Below the pieces are notes generated by a model. It saw only the letters and a program-made list of their open reading frames with translations, did no database searches and had not been told where the DNA came from. Source: Eledone cirrhosa (Eukaryota). From it: 64,000 nt of DNA. Of this stretch, positions 1-12,540 are shown one piece after another. The stretch lies in assembly GCA_964016885.1 (NCBI GenBank), contig OZ024742.1, positions 254,882,001 to 254,946,000 of the forward strand, written 5' to 3'. Each line of letters begins with the position of its first letter. The stretch's first letter is position 1. Position numbers and translations under genes: made by a program.

Positions 1-525
1 GATATGGGACAGGGAGAAGAAAACATGCACAGTAGTGGAAATTAGCTGCCCAGCAGATGCCAATATAATATCAAAGATTAGTGAAAAGGAGAATATTTAT
101 GCAGAACTGATGAGAAATCTGCAGATACTCCACCCTGATTACACCTTCAGATTTATGCCTGTGATTGTTGGGACACTGGGATATGTTAGTAACTGCCTCA
201 ATACAAATCTTGAGAAGCTAGGCTTCACAGGAACAGAAAGAACACAACTAGTACAAGTACAATCCATTAATGGAACAGTAAAAATATGTAAAACATTCCA
301 AAAATTTTGCATCTAATAACTGCATATACAGATGTACAAATACAACTCAAACCATACACATCCACACATACAATAATATCCATATCTACACATGCATGCA
401 TGCAGACATACATATCTACCTAGTTGATGTTGTGTAAATTCCAATGAGAGAGTCTTGTGTCTATGTTAGAAACCGACTCTCTCTCTATTGGTAAAACTTT
501 GTGAAATTATAAAACCAGAAGAACA
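1..525 (+). mobile_element. 3' end of an RLE-type (R2/R4/NeSL-group) non-LTR retrotransposon
   Basis: ORF 35-316 (EISCPADANIISKISEKENIYAEL...PVIVGTLG) matches the C-terminal restriction-like endonuclease; it is followed by a 3' UTR hairpin and (CATA)n. Confidence 0.75.
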
Positions 526-554
526 TACATACATACATTCCTACATACATACAT

Positions 555-1160
555 GGTGGCTGCCAACTCGTTTACGAGTATGGCCACTACTTTATATCCA
601 TGTAGGAGAACTCCTACCGATGCGCTGAACGAGTGTGACTTTTTAGTCCAGCCAGCAACTTGAAAACTCTGGTACAAACATTACACTTGTGACAATTTTT
701 GACACATAGTGCTGGGCCCATGGTACCATGTGACGACAAGTGCAGAGAGATCCCCAGACATAAAGCAATGCCTGTGCCGTGAAGCTTTTATAGTGAGCAA
801 AAGCATTGCACAAAGCCAGTCCCACTCTCTTAACCAAGATGATATTTAGCAAAAAGAAGAACAAGTCAACATCATTGGATACCATCAGAGTTGCAGGTGT
901 TATATCAGAGTTTTCCTTCCCCTAGAATTCTGCCTTGACAAAGGCTAAGGGGTCATATCTCCCGGATATTTTGGATGGCCATTGACTCTTAAGAGATCCT
1001 TTGCCCTTTGACAGGTTTTGTTTTTAGTCCTGCAGGATGTCCAAAGTCACCCTCCTCACCACGAAACCTTGGTGGGGTTGCCAGTTTAGTCGCCAACGAC
1101 CCAACCATGAGACAGGTTGTACTGGCATACATGTTACCAGTAGCACCAACTGGTGACCTG
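555..1160 (-). mobile_element. Non-autonomous bipartite RTE-derived element, copy 1 (606 bp)
   Basis: Minus strand: RTE-like 5' UTR (GAAGGAAAACTCTGAT), then C-terminal zinc finger HKCNVCTRVFKLLAGLKSHTRSAHR*, CTCG-TAAA-CGAG 3' stem-loop and (TATG)n tail. No RT. Confidence 0.65.
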
Positions 1161-1232
1161 ACATACATACATAAATATATACATACATACATACATAAAT
1201 AAATACATACATACACACATACATACACACAT

Positions 1233-1265
<33 letters not shown>

Positions 1266-1286
1266 CATATACATACATACATATAT

Positions 1287-1892
1287 GGTGGCTGCCAACT
1301 TGTTTTCGAGTACGGCCACTACCTTACATCCATGTAGGAGAACCCCTACTGATGCGCTGAACAAGTATGACTTTTTAGTCCAGCCAGCGACTTGAAAACT
1401 CTGGTACAAACACTATACTTGTGACAATTACTGACACATAGTGCTGGGCCCATGGTACCAGGTGATGACATGTGCAGAGAGATCTCCAGATACAAAGCAA
1501 TGCCTGTGCCGTGAAGCTTTTATAGCGAGCAAAGGCACTGCACAAAGCCAGTCCCACTCTCTTAACCAAGATGATATTTACCAAAAAGAAGAATAAGTCA
1601 ACATCATTAGATAACATCAGGGTTGCAGGTGTTATATCAGAGTTTTCCTTCTCCTAGAATTCTGCTTTGACAAAAGCTAAGGGGTCATCTCTCCCGGATA
1701 TTTTGGATGGCCATTGACTCTTAAGAGCTCCTTTGCTCTTTGACAGGTTTTGTTTTTAGTCCTGCAGGATGTCCAAAGTCACCCTTCTCACGAAGAAACC
1801 TTGGTGGGGTTGCCAGTTTAGTCGCCAACGACCCGACCATGAGACAGGTTGTACTGGGATACATATTACCAGTAGCACCAACTGGTGACCTG
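1287..1892 (-). mobile_element. Non-autonomous bipartite RTE-derived element, copy 2 (606 bp)
   Basis: Colinear with 555-1160, same ends, flanked by (CATA)n. Confidence 0.65.
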
Positions 1893-1960
1893 ACATACAT
1901 ACATACATACATACATACATACATACATACATACATACATACATACATACATACATACAT

Positions 1961-2419
1961 GGTGGCTGCCAACTCATTTTCGAGTACGTCCACTACTTTA
2001 TATCCATGCAGAAGAACCCCTACCGATGCGCTGAACGAGCGTGACTTTTTAATCCAGCCAGCAACTTGAAAACTCTGGTACAAACACTACACTTGTGACA
2101 ATTATTGACACATAGTGCTGGACCCACGGTACCATGTGACGACAAGTGCAGACAGATCTCCAGATATAAAGCAATGCCTGTGCCCTGAAGCTTTTATAGT
2201 GAGCAAAGGCACTGCACAAAGCCAGTCCCACTCTCTTAACCAAGATGATATTTACCAAAAAGAAGAACAAGTCAACATCATTGGATACCATCAGGGTTGC
2301 AGGTGTTACATCAGAGTTTTCCTTCTCCTAGAATTCTGCTTTGACAAAGGCTAAGGGGTCATGTCTCCCGGTGATTTTGGATGACCATTGACTCTTAAGA
2401 GCTCCTTTGCCCTTTGACA
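1961..2419 (-). mobile_element. Non-autonomous bipartite RTE-derived element, copy 3 (5'-truncated)
   Basis: Same 3' end as copies 1 and 2; lacks about 150 bp of the 5' end. Confidence 0.65.
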
Positions 2420-2563
2420 TACATACATACATACATACATACATACATACATACATACATACATAATACACACATACATACATACATGCATACATATACA
2501 TACATGATAAGTAGGCAGGTAAATATATAGATAGATGGATAGATAGATAGATAGATAGATATA

Positions 2564-4119
2564 TTTCTTTATTAGCCACAGGGGCACAAAAGAAGGGGAC
2601 AAATACAAAGGGGGAAGTTTACATACAATAAAAACGTGTAAAATGTTATCACAGATGGAATTTAAAAGTTAGTCGATTTTCCCCAATAGAGGGAGACAGT
2701 TTATATGGGTAACACATACCCCCGAAAAAAAATGTGCAACCCTCATCTCCAGGAGTACGAAGAGTTTGTACTCCTTTCCTCTCCTCCTCCTTTTCCTGAT
2801 ATAGAGGTAATAACAAAATATAGAATAAAATAAAATATAACAAAAAATAAAATTTATAACAAAATCCTCAATAGAGAGGAGGCGCCTTGGGGGGTCGCAC
2901 ACCCCCCCGAAAAAAGTGTGCAACCCTTTTCCTCAGGAGCACAGAGAGAGGGTGCTCCCTCGTTCCTTCCTCTTTTCCACCTACAGGCTTATGTAAAGAG
3001 AAGGCCCATTCACACGGGCCATTCTCGCCACTTTCACCCACCTTTCATAAAAACGACTGGGGTGGAGCACCTCTCTCTCCATCTTGATCCTTCTTCCGAA
3101 ATGATATCGGAAGAAACGGACAAGTTGTTGGCCAGAGAGAAAGGTGCCTGACCTCAGTCCTTTCAGACGCGTCCACCATACAACCTCTTTCGCCACGGCT
3201 ATTACGCACAGAAACACCGCCTCTGCTTCATCTTTGAAGGGGGGAGGCGGCTTGATCATTACAATAGACTCGGTGGTCAACCGGATCGGTCCCACCCTTG
3301 ACAGCAGTTGTTCGACATAGCCCCACAGATCGGCTACGCCCGAGCAGTGTACCAATGCGTGTGCAACGGTTTCCTCGTCGCACACGCATTTGGGACAGAT
3401 CTTTTTGGCGGGGTCCCTACCCGGGCGCCCGTGTCTGTAGAGCCTTTCTCGAACGGGTAAAGCCCCTCGGTAGCACTGCCAGGCCAGGGACTTCTGGAAG
3501 TTGTCCATAGGTCCCGGGCTGAATGTCCTACCGAACAGGCTGGCCAGTTCGTCCTCCTCCATGTCTAGGGCTTCTCCGAGGGCGTCGTTGCACCTGCTGC
3601 GTACCAGCCCTCTATAGAATGTTGCGGTGGAGTCTCCACTGATAACCGGATCCGCCTGCCAGAGGGCGGTGAGCGCCTGGGCACACTCAGTGTGCCAGGC
3701 GCCCAGTTTTCTCGGTCTTTGCTTGACCCAGGATTGCAGCTCGGTGAGTGAGACGAGTCTGGGAAAGGTTCGTCTCACAAACGAGGCCCACACCGGTTGA
3801 CCGGTGAGGAATACGTAGAGGTGCCGTAGCCTTAATGCGTGTTTACGCATCATTAGCCACGGCATCCCCAGCCCTCCTTTCGAAGGGTGTTGACAGCAGA
3901 TGGATCTCCTCGCCATAGGAGCCCGCCTCTTCCAAAGGAATTGGAAGAGTGCGCGCTCCATCTTGGTGAGGGTTTCCCTTGGGCAGGGCACTACGGTCAG
4001 GCGGTAGTAGATGACGGACGCTATGTAGGTGTTCGCCACCTCCGCCCGACCTTTCAGGGATAGTTTGCAACTGGCCCACTTCTGGGTCAGTGCAAATACC
4101 CCTGTTCGTAACCTCCGCC
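2564..4119 (-). mobile_element. 5'-truncated Tx1/L1-clade LINE (ORF2 C-terminus plus 3' UTR)
   Basis: LSLKGRAEVANTYIASVIYYRL...KGGLGMP...CPKC...ETVAHALVHC is the L1/Tx1 post-RT region and CCHC finger; AATAAA at the 3' end; (GATA)n on both sides. Confidence 0.9.
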
Positions 4120-4316
4120 CAGACAGATAGATAGCTAGACAGTTAGATAGATGAATGGGTAGATAGATAGCTAGATGAAAAATAAATTGATGTTTTATTA
4201 TCTCAATTCCTATATATACGCGAGTCTGTATGAAGATGTATAAATGAATATATGCATGTATGTATGAATGTGTCTGCCTGTATGTGTGTATATATAAATA
4301 TATGTCTGTCTGTGTG

Positions 4317-4359
<43 letters not shown>

Positions 4360-4388
4360 TCAGATATATATTTAAGGACAGACAAACA

Positions 4389-4452
<64 letters not shown>

Positions 4453-4498
4453 TATACAGTCATATATATATATATATATATATACGGACAGACAAACA

Positions 4499-4566
<68 letters not shown>

Positions 4567-4654
4567 GAAAATGGCGAGCTGTGTGGTTGCAGTAAGTAAA
4601 ATGAACAATAAAAGTTACGGGCGAAAGAGAGGAATATCCAGCGTCAGTTGTCTG

Positions 4655-4705
4655 CTAGGAATCATAGGTATTTTTTCGATTTAGAGACAAGATACTTCAG
4701 CCTAG
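4655..4705 (-). ncRNA. Degenerate type I hammerhead ribozyme motif in a PLE-like 3' region
   Basis: Minus strand CTAGG-CTGAAGT...CGAAA...ATT-CCTAG: 5-bp stem I present, core and stem III mutated. Lies between direct repeats at about 4564-4610 and 5146-5190. Confidence 0.4.
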
Positions 4706-5639
4706 GGCGAATAATAACTAAAATAAGTTATTGGGATAAATAAGCGGGGGGGGAATCATGTAAACAGACACGAAGGGTGAAGCAATGTAAAAAGAAGAAA
4801 AATAGGAAAAATATCAAGTCAACAACTCATTTCGAACGTAAAAACTAGCGAGTTTGACGAGAGAGAAAAAGACGTCTTTACTGTAGCAGTCAGTGTTAGC
4901 GAGAGGAGAGGCTGCGTACAGTAGCTGACGAGGGAGGTAGTGAGCTAGCTGAGAGAGGGTGACTAGCAGAGAGGGAGTGAGTGAACGTAAGAGGAAGCGA
5001 GAAGAGATAGTTATAGTAGCCGAGAGAAGGTGACTGGCAGAGGGGATGAGTGAAAGTAAGAGGGAGGAGGAGAGAGGAAGTGGAGAGAGAGGATAGCAAC
5101 AAGGGGAGGGAAAAGAGACGACTCACATCGAAGAAGGAAGCTTATATGAATAAATTGGCGAGCTGTGTGGTTGCAATTATGTTTAATGAAAAATATTTAT
5201 TTTTCATTATATGTATATAAAAACACATATTGACTGCAAAAACCAGAATTGTAATGTTTAATTTTTTATGCTCACATTCTTCACTGAAGGTACCTGCGCA
5301 CATGCAACGTCCTAGATACACAAATGATTGTCACATGTTTATATTTTCTTATCATTGTATATCATTTAGGGTCCGTGTTCCTTGCTAGCAAGGATGGGTG
5401 GAATCGTTACAGATTCAATGATTAAGGGAAGCTACTGACCTGACAAATGGGCCGATAAACAACCGATGGCTTCAGAACGTTTTGGAAAATTTGAAATTAG
5501 AAATGTAGTCTTCCCTAACGTAAATGATTTTAATAATAATTAATCAGTATAAATAATTATTAAGGAAATTGTGTAAAGTATCTCAGGTGCCTCTTTCTAC
5601 TTTATCTCGTCTCCACACACACACACATACATACATACA

Positions 5640-5720
<81 letters not shown>

Positions 5721-5733
5721 AGGAAAGGAGTCG

Positions 5734-5783
5734 GGACCCCGACGGCAGAGCTCAAGCCGTTTCGACGGCTATTTCTGGATTCC
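5734..5783 (-). ncRNA. Degenerate hammerhead motif (pLTR-like element 5717-5870 in (TA)n)
   Basis: Minus strand GAA-ACGGC-TTGAGCTCT-GCCGT-C-GGGGTCC gives an intact stem III and GUC site; 5' core decayed. Related sequence at 36900-37250. Confidence 0.5.
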
Positions 5784-5867
5784 TTTCCTATTATCCACTC
5801 TACTACCGAAAGTAGCGAGTACTCTGGTGCGTTATGGTCCACCTGTTTCCTTACCACACTTCCTTCG

Positions 5868-5949
<82 letters not shown>

Positions 5950-6885
5950 ACATAGACAGATATGTATGGATGTGAGAGCAGGACTGCGTGACACGAATTT
6001 AAATACAATCACTGCATATTTTATTGTTGGAATTTACGCTGCTTTCATATTCTAGGCGTTCTCAATTATTTTCAAATTGAATTTTCAAAATATGACAGTT
6101 TTATTCAATTTTTTGTTTAATATTTGGTACTTGGTGTTGTATAAATATCAGCACCTTAATTGGTGAGAATTTCCATCACTATTATATGGCAACTATCTAT
6201 AAAATAGTCCTGAATTATTTCTTTACATCTGACATTTATTGATTAGTTCAGACAAATATGAATGATCATCTATCTAGCACAAGTGAAAAATCTTGATTCA
6301 TGAAAGCAGATACCATTTTAGTAGAAACTGATGTCCGTTTAATTGTTTGGGATATGAGCTTCTGTCAGCAAATTATTATTATTATTGTTATTATTATTTT
6401 TTTTTTTTAGGGTTTTGTTTATTTTGTTTGTTTTTTTGCCAATATCTGAGGGTTTGGGTTGCATTCAAAGCTATAACTTATGAATACGACTGATCTTGAA
6501 TTTATGTGGTTGAATATATTTTTCTCTTCTGTTACTTTAAGGAAGTGCTGTTCCGTTTCCAACTAGTCAGAAGTATTTAGTTTCTCCACCTGATAAAGAA
6601 TAGTGAGTTTTCTAGAATGCTAGAATTAGTAGAGCGTCGGACAAAATAGTTTGTGGTATCTGTGCTAGCTCTTTACATACTGAGTTGCAGTCAAATTTGT
6701 ATCCCATCTCTCCAGAGGTCTATGCAATTAGTTACCAGTCAAATAAAGAAGTCAATTTAAATCAACTTTCCCGTTCCCCCAAATTTCAGACCATGTGCTT
6801 AAATTAAAAATTATTATGACTGTTCACATGTTTCTGTTTCCCAAGAAAAAACTACCCGACTTGCTCGACTTTACTGTCAGGAATT

Positions 6886-7150
6886 GGTAGATAGTGTCAG
6901 CAATGGAAAGAAAGATGGAAACATTGCTTTTCTGATCTGATCTAACGACTGGCTCCTTTCTACTGCCAACAGTTTTGACTGGTAGATATTATCAGAGATG
7001 GAAAGAGTTATGGAAACATTGTTTCCTTGGTCTGATCCAATGATTGGATCCTTTCTATTGCAAGCAGTTTTGGCCGGTAGATAGTATAAGCAATGGAAAG
7101 ACCAATAGAAACATTGTTTCCTTGGTCTTATCTAACGATTGGGTCCTTTA
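6886..7150. repeat. 95-bp tandem repeat, about 2.8 copies
   Basis: GGTAGATA...ATGGAAAG...GAAACATTG recurs at about 6886, 6981 and 7076. Confidence 0.85.
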
Positions 7151-7554
7151 CTTTTTTTTTTACTATTTTATCGTTAAACCAGTATTGTAGTAGATTATAA
7201 TACTTTCAAAATTCTAAGTGTATTTGTTTTGTTTTGTTTTTGTTTTCAGATCTTCAGATTTTGGGTTATTTGCAATGCTATAACATAGATTCTATGACTG
7301 ATTTTCAAATTATGTAGATGAATAATATTTATCTTGCTTTTCTTTTTCTTTTTCTTTTTAAGTGGAAATACATCAACAAGGAAATGCTGCTCTATACGGC
7401 GTCCTACTCACCACAAGTGCTTACGTTTCCAGACCCAATCTAATGACATGAAAACGCGTGGCTTAGTGGTTAGGGAGGTAGACTACATATCATAAAATTG
7501 TGGACAGCAAATTGGGTTCTTTAGCAAAACACTTCATTTCACAATACTTTTCAT

Positions 7555-7870
7555 AACAGGACTAGGGGCCTATAATTAATACACCCGAGAAACGTCATAC
7601 GAGAAGCAACCTTGCATGAGCCCACCTAAACCTACATAGGTTTGAGCTGTATCAGCAATAGCATGGTGGCCTCTATCAATAAAACACCCGAGAAACGTTC
7701 TAGGGTGCTAGCTAAACCAACCTAGGTATGAGTTGTAACAACAAACTCATGATGGGGCTGAGATCACTATCACCAAAATACACCCAGAAAACTCATGGGA
7801 GATGTAACCTCGTAAGTGGCCAGCTAAACCTACATTCTCATTATATGTATGGAGTCTCCCCAACGGTTAA
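7555..7870 (-). repeat. About 100-bp dispersed satellite, 3 units
   Basis: ACACCC...AAAC...CTAAACCTACAT units; reverse complement of the array at 42280-42780. Confidence 0.7.
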
Positions 7871-8140
7871 TATTTGCTGTTATTTATATACCTATAAATT
7901 TACAGCCAAATGTTATATATATATATGTTCATCTTATGTAAATGTTGTTCTGTGTGCATTTTGCGCTGACGCTGCTTATATATGACTTCCATAAGAATCT
8001 CCACATAAAATCGACAAACTAATAGAGGCTCCATAACCATGCATAAAACGAGTAACATATATATATCTGAGATCTTGGATCTTTAATTCAATTCTCTTAA
8101 TAAGCAGTCATAGAGCTGCATGATCATTATATTACATATT

Positions 8141-8328
8141 TTGGATTGGCGGTATCGGTGGAACGTCAGACATCATGCTTTACAGCATAGAGTTATTGCC
8201 TTTTACGTTATGAGTTCAAATCCCGCCGAGGTTAACTTTGGCTTTCATCCTTACAGGGTCGATAAAATACAACACTAGCAATGCAATAGGATAATTGCTG
8301 GCATTGTGCCAAACATAGAAACAATAGT
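8141..8328 (+). mobile_element. tRNA-derived SINE (Meta-domain-like core)
   Basis: A/B-box-like head, GAGTTCAAATCCCGCCGAGGTTAACTTTG..TTTCATCC core and GAAACAAT tail; homologous to 24131-24315 and 58552-58742. Confidence 0.85.
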
Positions 8329-8334
8329 TACTCT

Positions 8335-10329
8335 ATGAGGATTAATACCTACAAAAGAATTCATATACAAAAAAACTATATAAGAAATACCAGAAAGTAG
8401 ATGAGAAAATCATTAAAGATATCAACATTGAAGGACTAACGATATTAAATAAATTATGACTTACGAACTGTACTGGACTTTTCAGACTTACGCATTCGAC
8501 CTTTAACCTAAAAGATCATGAAAGCGACTTCGAGACTAACTCATCAACCAACCATATCTGTCCCTCTAAATCGGTCATATGATGCTTTTTTTGTAAAAGA
8601 AATATATAAGGGAGAGTATTAAAACAATTAAAAGATAGATTAGAAATCAATCTTTGAGGCAATATTGACCAAGTAATTGACTGGTTTAGTAGGATTGAAA
8701 CAAAACCACATCGAAATCCATTCAATTTGACATAAATGGCTACTATTTCTGTATATCACCTATTCTTTTCAACAACTCAGATCTAATAAGAGAAGTCACT
8801 GGAGTAATATTAGCAGCAAGACAGTAATTCAGTTAAAAAATGAATACCGGGTACACACAGATAGGCCGTATAGCTTTCATATAACCATAGACTCCATTGA
8901 TTCAGTTCAGGTTACAAACTTCGTCGGAATGTACTTAGTTCAAAAAGTGAAAGATAACTTCACGGACCTACTTGTATGTACAAAGAAAAAGCTCTCTTAA
9001 TGTTCAAAAACTCCAATGAGCAACAACTTGAACTAAGAAGAAAGGCGATAAGATCCTTCTTTAAAACCATGGGCCTAAAAATACCATTCACACAAAACTA
9101 TAAAGTTGCCAACTTCCAAGATGTAATCAACGAACTCAATTCTTACTCTTCAAACTTTTCCACAAACTAAATGTAAACCTCATTTACATTAGTAAAAACT
9201 CTACCCACCCACACTTGATTATCAATTCTATATTAAAGAGTGAATATCTTAAAATTCTCAGACTATATGCAAAAAAAGCTATCTTCAACGAGCATGCGGG
9301 CTATAACGATGAAAACTGCACAGGAACACGACATCTCTTGGGAAACTATTTAAACCAGAGATTACAAACGCACATCAATACCAATACAGGCAACACAAGC
9401 ATAAAGAACGCACCCATAATCAAATGGACTCGGAAACCAATAAAGCTGCGGGTAATAGACAACTGAAAGTCTAAGCACATCTAAAAACCAATGCTATTGC
9501 CCTACCTAAACGATCGTGTTCCAAAACATCTTTGGTATTACTTGCAATACGACACCCTGGACGAAAAGAAAATTTCCTAACAATACTTTAAATTAATAGA
9601 TAAAAACTTATCTCCAGCCCATAGATGCTACACAATCCTAAACACACTAAATATTAGATTATCCTATTCAACTATTATGAACCTGGAATATTTTATTATT
9701 TAGATGACTTCACGTCCATAACAAAAACAACATCTCGCCCCCAACACTTCGGCGGCGTCATCGATATGATAAAAATAGTAACCACAATCTAACATAAACA
9801 AAAACACTCACACCTAAGCAGTGAACGTAGTAAACATACAAACCAAATTCATTCATACCGTTACCTCATCTGCAGCCCCACTAAAACTCGAACAGGACCG
9901 ACTCATGAGCAACACACAAAAAAGAATTTTAAGAATAGCTGATCAAGAAAATGCCCTCCGTATGAATAGTGCGTGTACGAAAAATATAATATACAAATGT
10001 GAGATTAATTCCTACTAGATTATATATACATATATCAGAGCGACCATTAACATAAAAAAACATCTATATATGCACACACACTCATTCAAAAACACGAATT
10101 TGCATAAATCAGCAGAGCTTGCGAAAGATATCTAGCAGTTGAAGCAGAGTAAAATTGACTACAACCTTTCGTGGTCCATTAAACAATCCACTAGGCCTTA
10201 TCGGGACGACGTGACTGAGATTTTTGCCTGGTTGAGGTACTGGGGGTGACGACCAGGAACGACTTATTAAATTCAAGACACGACTGTCTATTTAATTGAC
10301 AGCACAAAACACTAAACATATTCTACTAA
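8335..10329 (+). pseudogene. Decayed Naiad-type Penelope-like element (RT plus C-terminal GIY-YIG)
   Basis: Frameshifted motifs LKDHESDF...PSKS, VIDWF...IQFDI, FVGMYL, NIRLSYST, NIIYKCEI...YI, WSI, xDFCLVE...LLNSR...xQH. Confidence 0.8.
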
Positions 10330-10375
10330 TACAATCTACCAGGCACCCAATCATCTAATCCATATTAATCTATAT

Positions 10376-10671
10376 CAGGGGCGTGCAACAGGTGGCCCGC
10401 GGGCCAGAATCCGGCCCGCCAGACCAGTCAGAGTGGCACGGGATGACCGTTTTAAAGTTTTACCTTGTAGGCTTATTTAGATTTTTTTTTTCGCAACTGT
10501 AATACCATTTTCTGTTGACCTATACTAAAAGGCTTCATTGATAGTGTTATGTGTGCTATAATTTCCCAGTTCCATGAATCTTTGGAATTGTGCATAATAA
10601 ATATTAATGGCCCTAATAGTTGTTCCAATGTTCAAACGTGGCCCACCAATGGAATATGTTGCATACCCCTG
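10376..10671. mobile_element. hAT (Charlie-like) MITE, 296 bp
   Basis: TIRs CAGGGGCGTGCAACA / TGTTGCATACCCCTG (13/15), 8-bp TSD ATCTATAT/GTCTATAT, subterminal GGCCCGCGGGCC. Confidence 0.9.
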
Positions 10672-12034
10672 GTCTATATCCTTTTCCTTAGCTATACTAC
10701 ATTTCCATCTAACCAACCCACTACACACTTTGCTCTAACTACTCCAAAATCATACGCTATAAATAAACTCTATTACCTACCAACATATATCTATGTATCT
10801 AGAACACTAAATATGAATAGCCATCAATCCTGAATGTTCACAAAGACACAGTAGCAACAATACTTATCTATCAAATAATATTTGCACAAAATGGTGGATT
10901 CTCCGTAAGTATGCCTCTGCATAATTTGAACTCACGTTCTCTCCATATACAACAAATATGATGCATACATATAGTTTCACACCAAACCATTCAATCTGTC
11001 TGTACCTATCACTCCTAAAAGGTCACTACGATAAGAATTTAACTTATCTTCGTCAAACACTGTATAAACCACATATTGAGATACACATCAAAGGCCAGCG
11101 AAAAATTCTGTAACCCACAGAGACATTCTACAGAGATGACTATCAATGGCTTTGCTAGAGATCAAAGACTCCTAATTTACTGACCAAACTTAGCTTCTCT
11201 TTTCTTTCCTTTCTATTCTTTTGTCTCATCTTCCCTCCACCTTAACTTCTTTAGCAATGACATTAGCTGTCATCAACTAATATGTCTCAATCAATCATCA
11301 GCAGCGGATAGTATAAATGAATATAAATAGGTATCAACATACAGCAATGATCGGCTAACTAGCAACACACAGGCTATACCACAACCCTTAAATACCATTG
11401 GTTAGGTTTCTATGGATAACCATAGGTATTCACGCACACATATATATCTCATAGCAAAACAAATAATAATTATAGTGAATATTACTCTAAAGGAATGCAT
11501 TTATGATATCCCCAAGCGACAGAGTCTGATTGATTTATCGAGGGTAGAGGGGGAGAATGCCATGGGATCCCTCGTCAAACAGGGCATCCACTTCAGAGCT
11601 TTTGCGAACTTTTAAGAACGGGGTTTAGATCATAAATATTATTTCATCTTTTAGTGAGTATGGTTTTGTTTTAATGCAAATGATGTCACGTTTGTGCCAA
11701 TTTATCAAAATGCCTTTATTTAGTTCTCGGCAGAGCTGTTCTGCTAGAAAATGGTTAAATGTAATAGAAAGATGTACGAATAACACCGTCTCTCATATTC
11801 ATAATATTTAACTCCGGTTAAAACCTTCCCGAGAAAATCTTAAGGAATACAAATCGTAGAGTGCTTTACGTCTGTTTACAAAAATATTTGGTGGATTATA
11901 TGATCACTCAACTTTCATCGGTATGGCAATAACACTAACACTAGGATAAAAGCTAGAAAATTGAAGTGCAATAGGAAAGACAGGGACGCCTGTGAACCCT
12001 CCGGGTAAGGTTACCACCCCAGGTTCTCTCTACC

Positions 12035-12540
12035 ATGGAAGATGGGTTGTCTATGCCCAGGGCCAACTCTTCCCCTAGTAGGAAAAATAGACGAAGATCT
12101 AATTCCTACTTTAATCCACCTTACAACTCAGAGGTATCAACCAATATACCAAAGGCATTCTTCTCGATCTTGGACCCCCCCCCCCCCGGTAGTAAATACC
12201 ATAGTATCATTAATAAAAACACAATTAAGCTACCATTCTCCATTACTCCGAATCTAACTCGTCACCTAGCCATAACGAACAACAACAAAATTAAAAATGG
12301 TTTCGATACCATTGCAGCTGCGGCACACCCGCAACCACTAGATGGACCTGATGCGGCGTCACCCAGCAATACTATCCACACAACTGATGTACGGTTGCCA
12401 AATCTGCAACGCACGGAAAACAAAACATCTCCTGTGCCGCAGACTCACATACACCGAAGATTTAACTGCCTACGTAAAACCACGCCGCACTGCATCCTGG
12501 TTCCTTTGTGACGATAACTGTCCTTCAGGCGCTTATGGAC
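12035..12540 (+). pseudogene. Naiad-type PLE fragment (post-RT thumb/linker)
   Basis: RRRSNSYFNPPYNSEVSTNI...FFSILD...YHSIINKNTIKL matches the WFNPPY...VxTNIG...NTVKxSYS region. Confidence 0.75.

Noticed and set aside
4120-4393. N-terminal part of the 470-aa ORF
   Set aside because: Read-through into flanking microsatellite; LINE homology stops at about 4119.
4203-4608. YIYIYI/MYVC-type ORFs here and throughout the window
   Set aside because: Translations of stop-free (TA)n, (CATA)n and (CA)n microsatellites.
11025-11056. SECIS-like hairpin (TGAC...AAA...TGAC) near the Naiad 3' region
   Set aside because: It is on the strand opposite the Naiad ORF and lacks the RUGA start and proper stem geometry.
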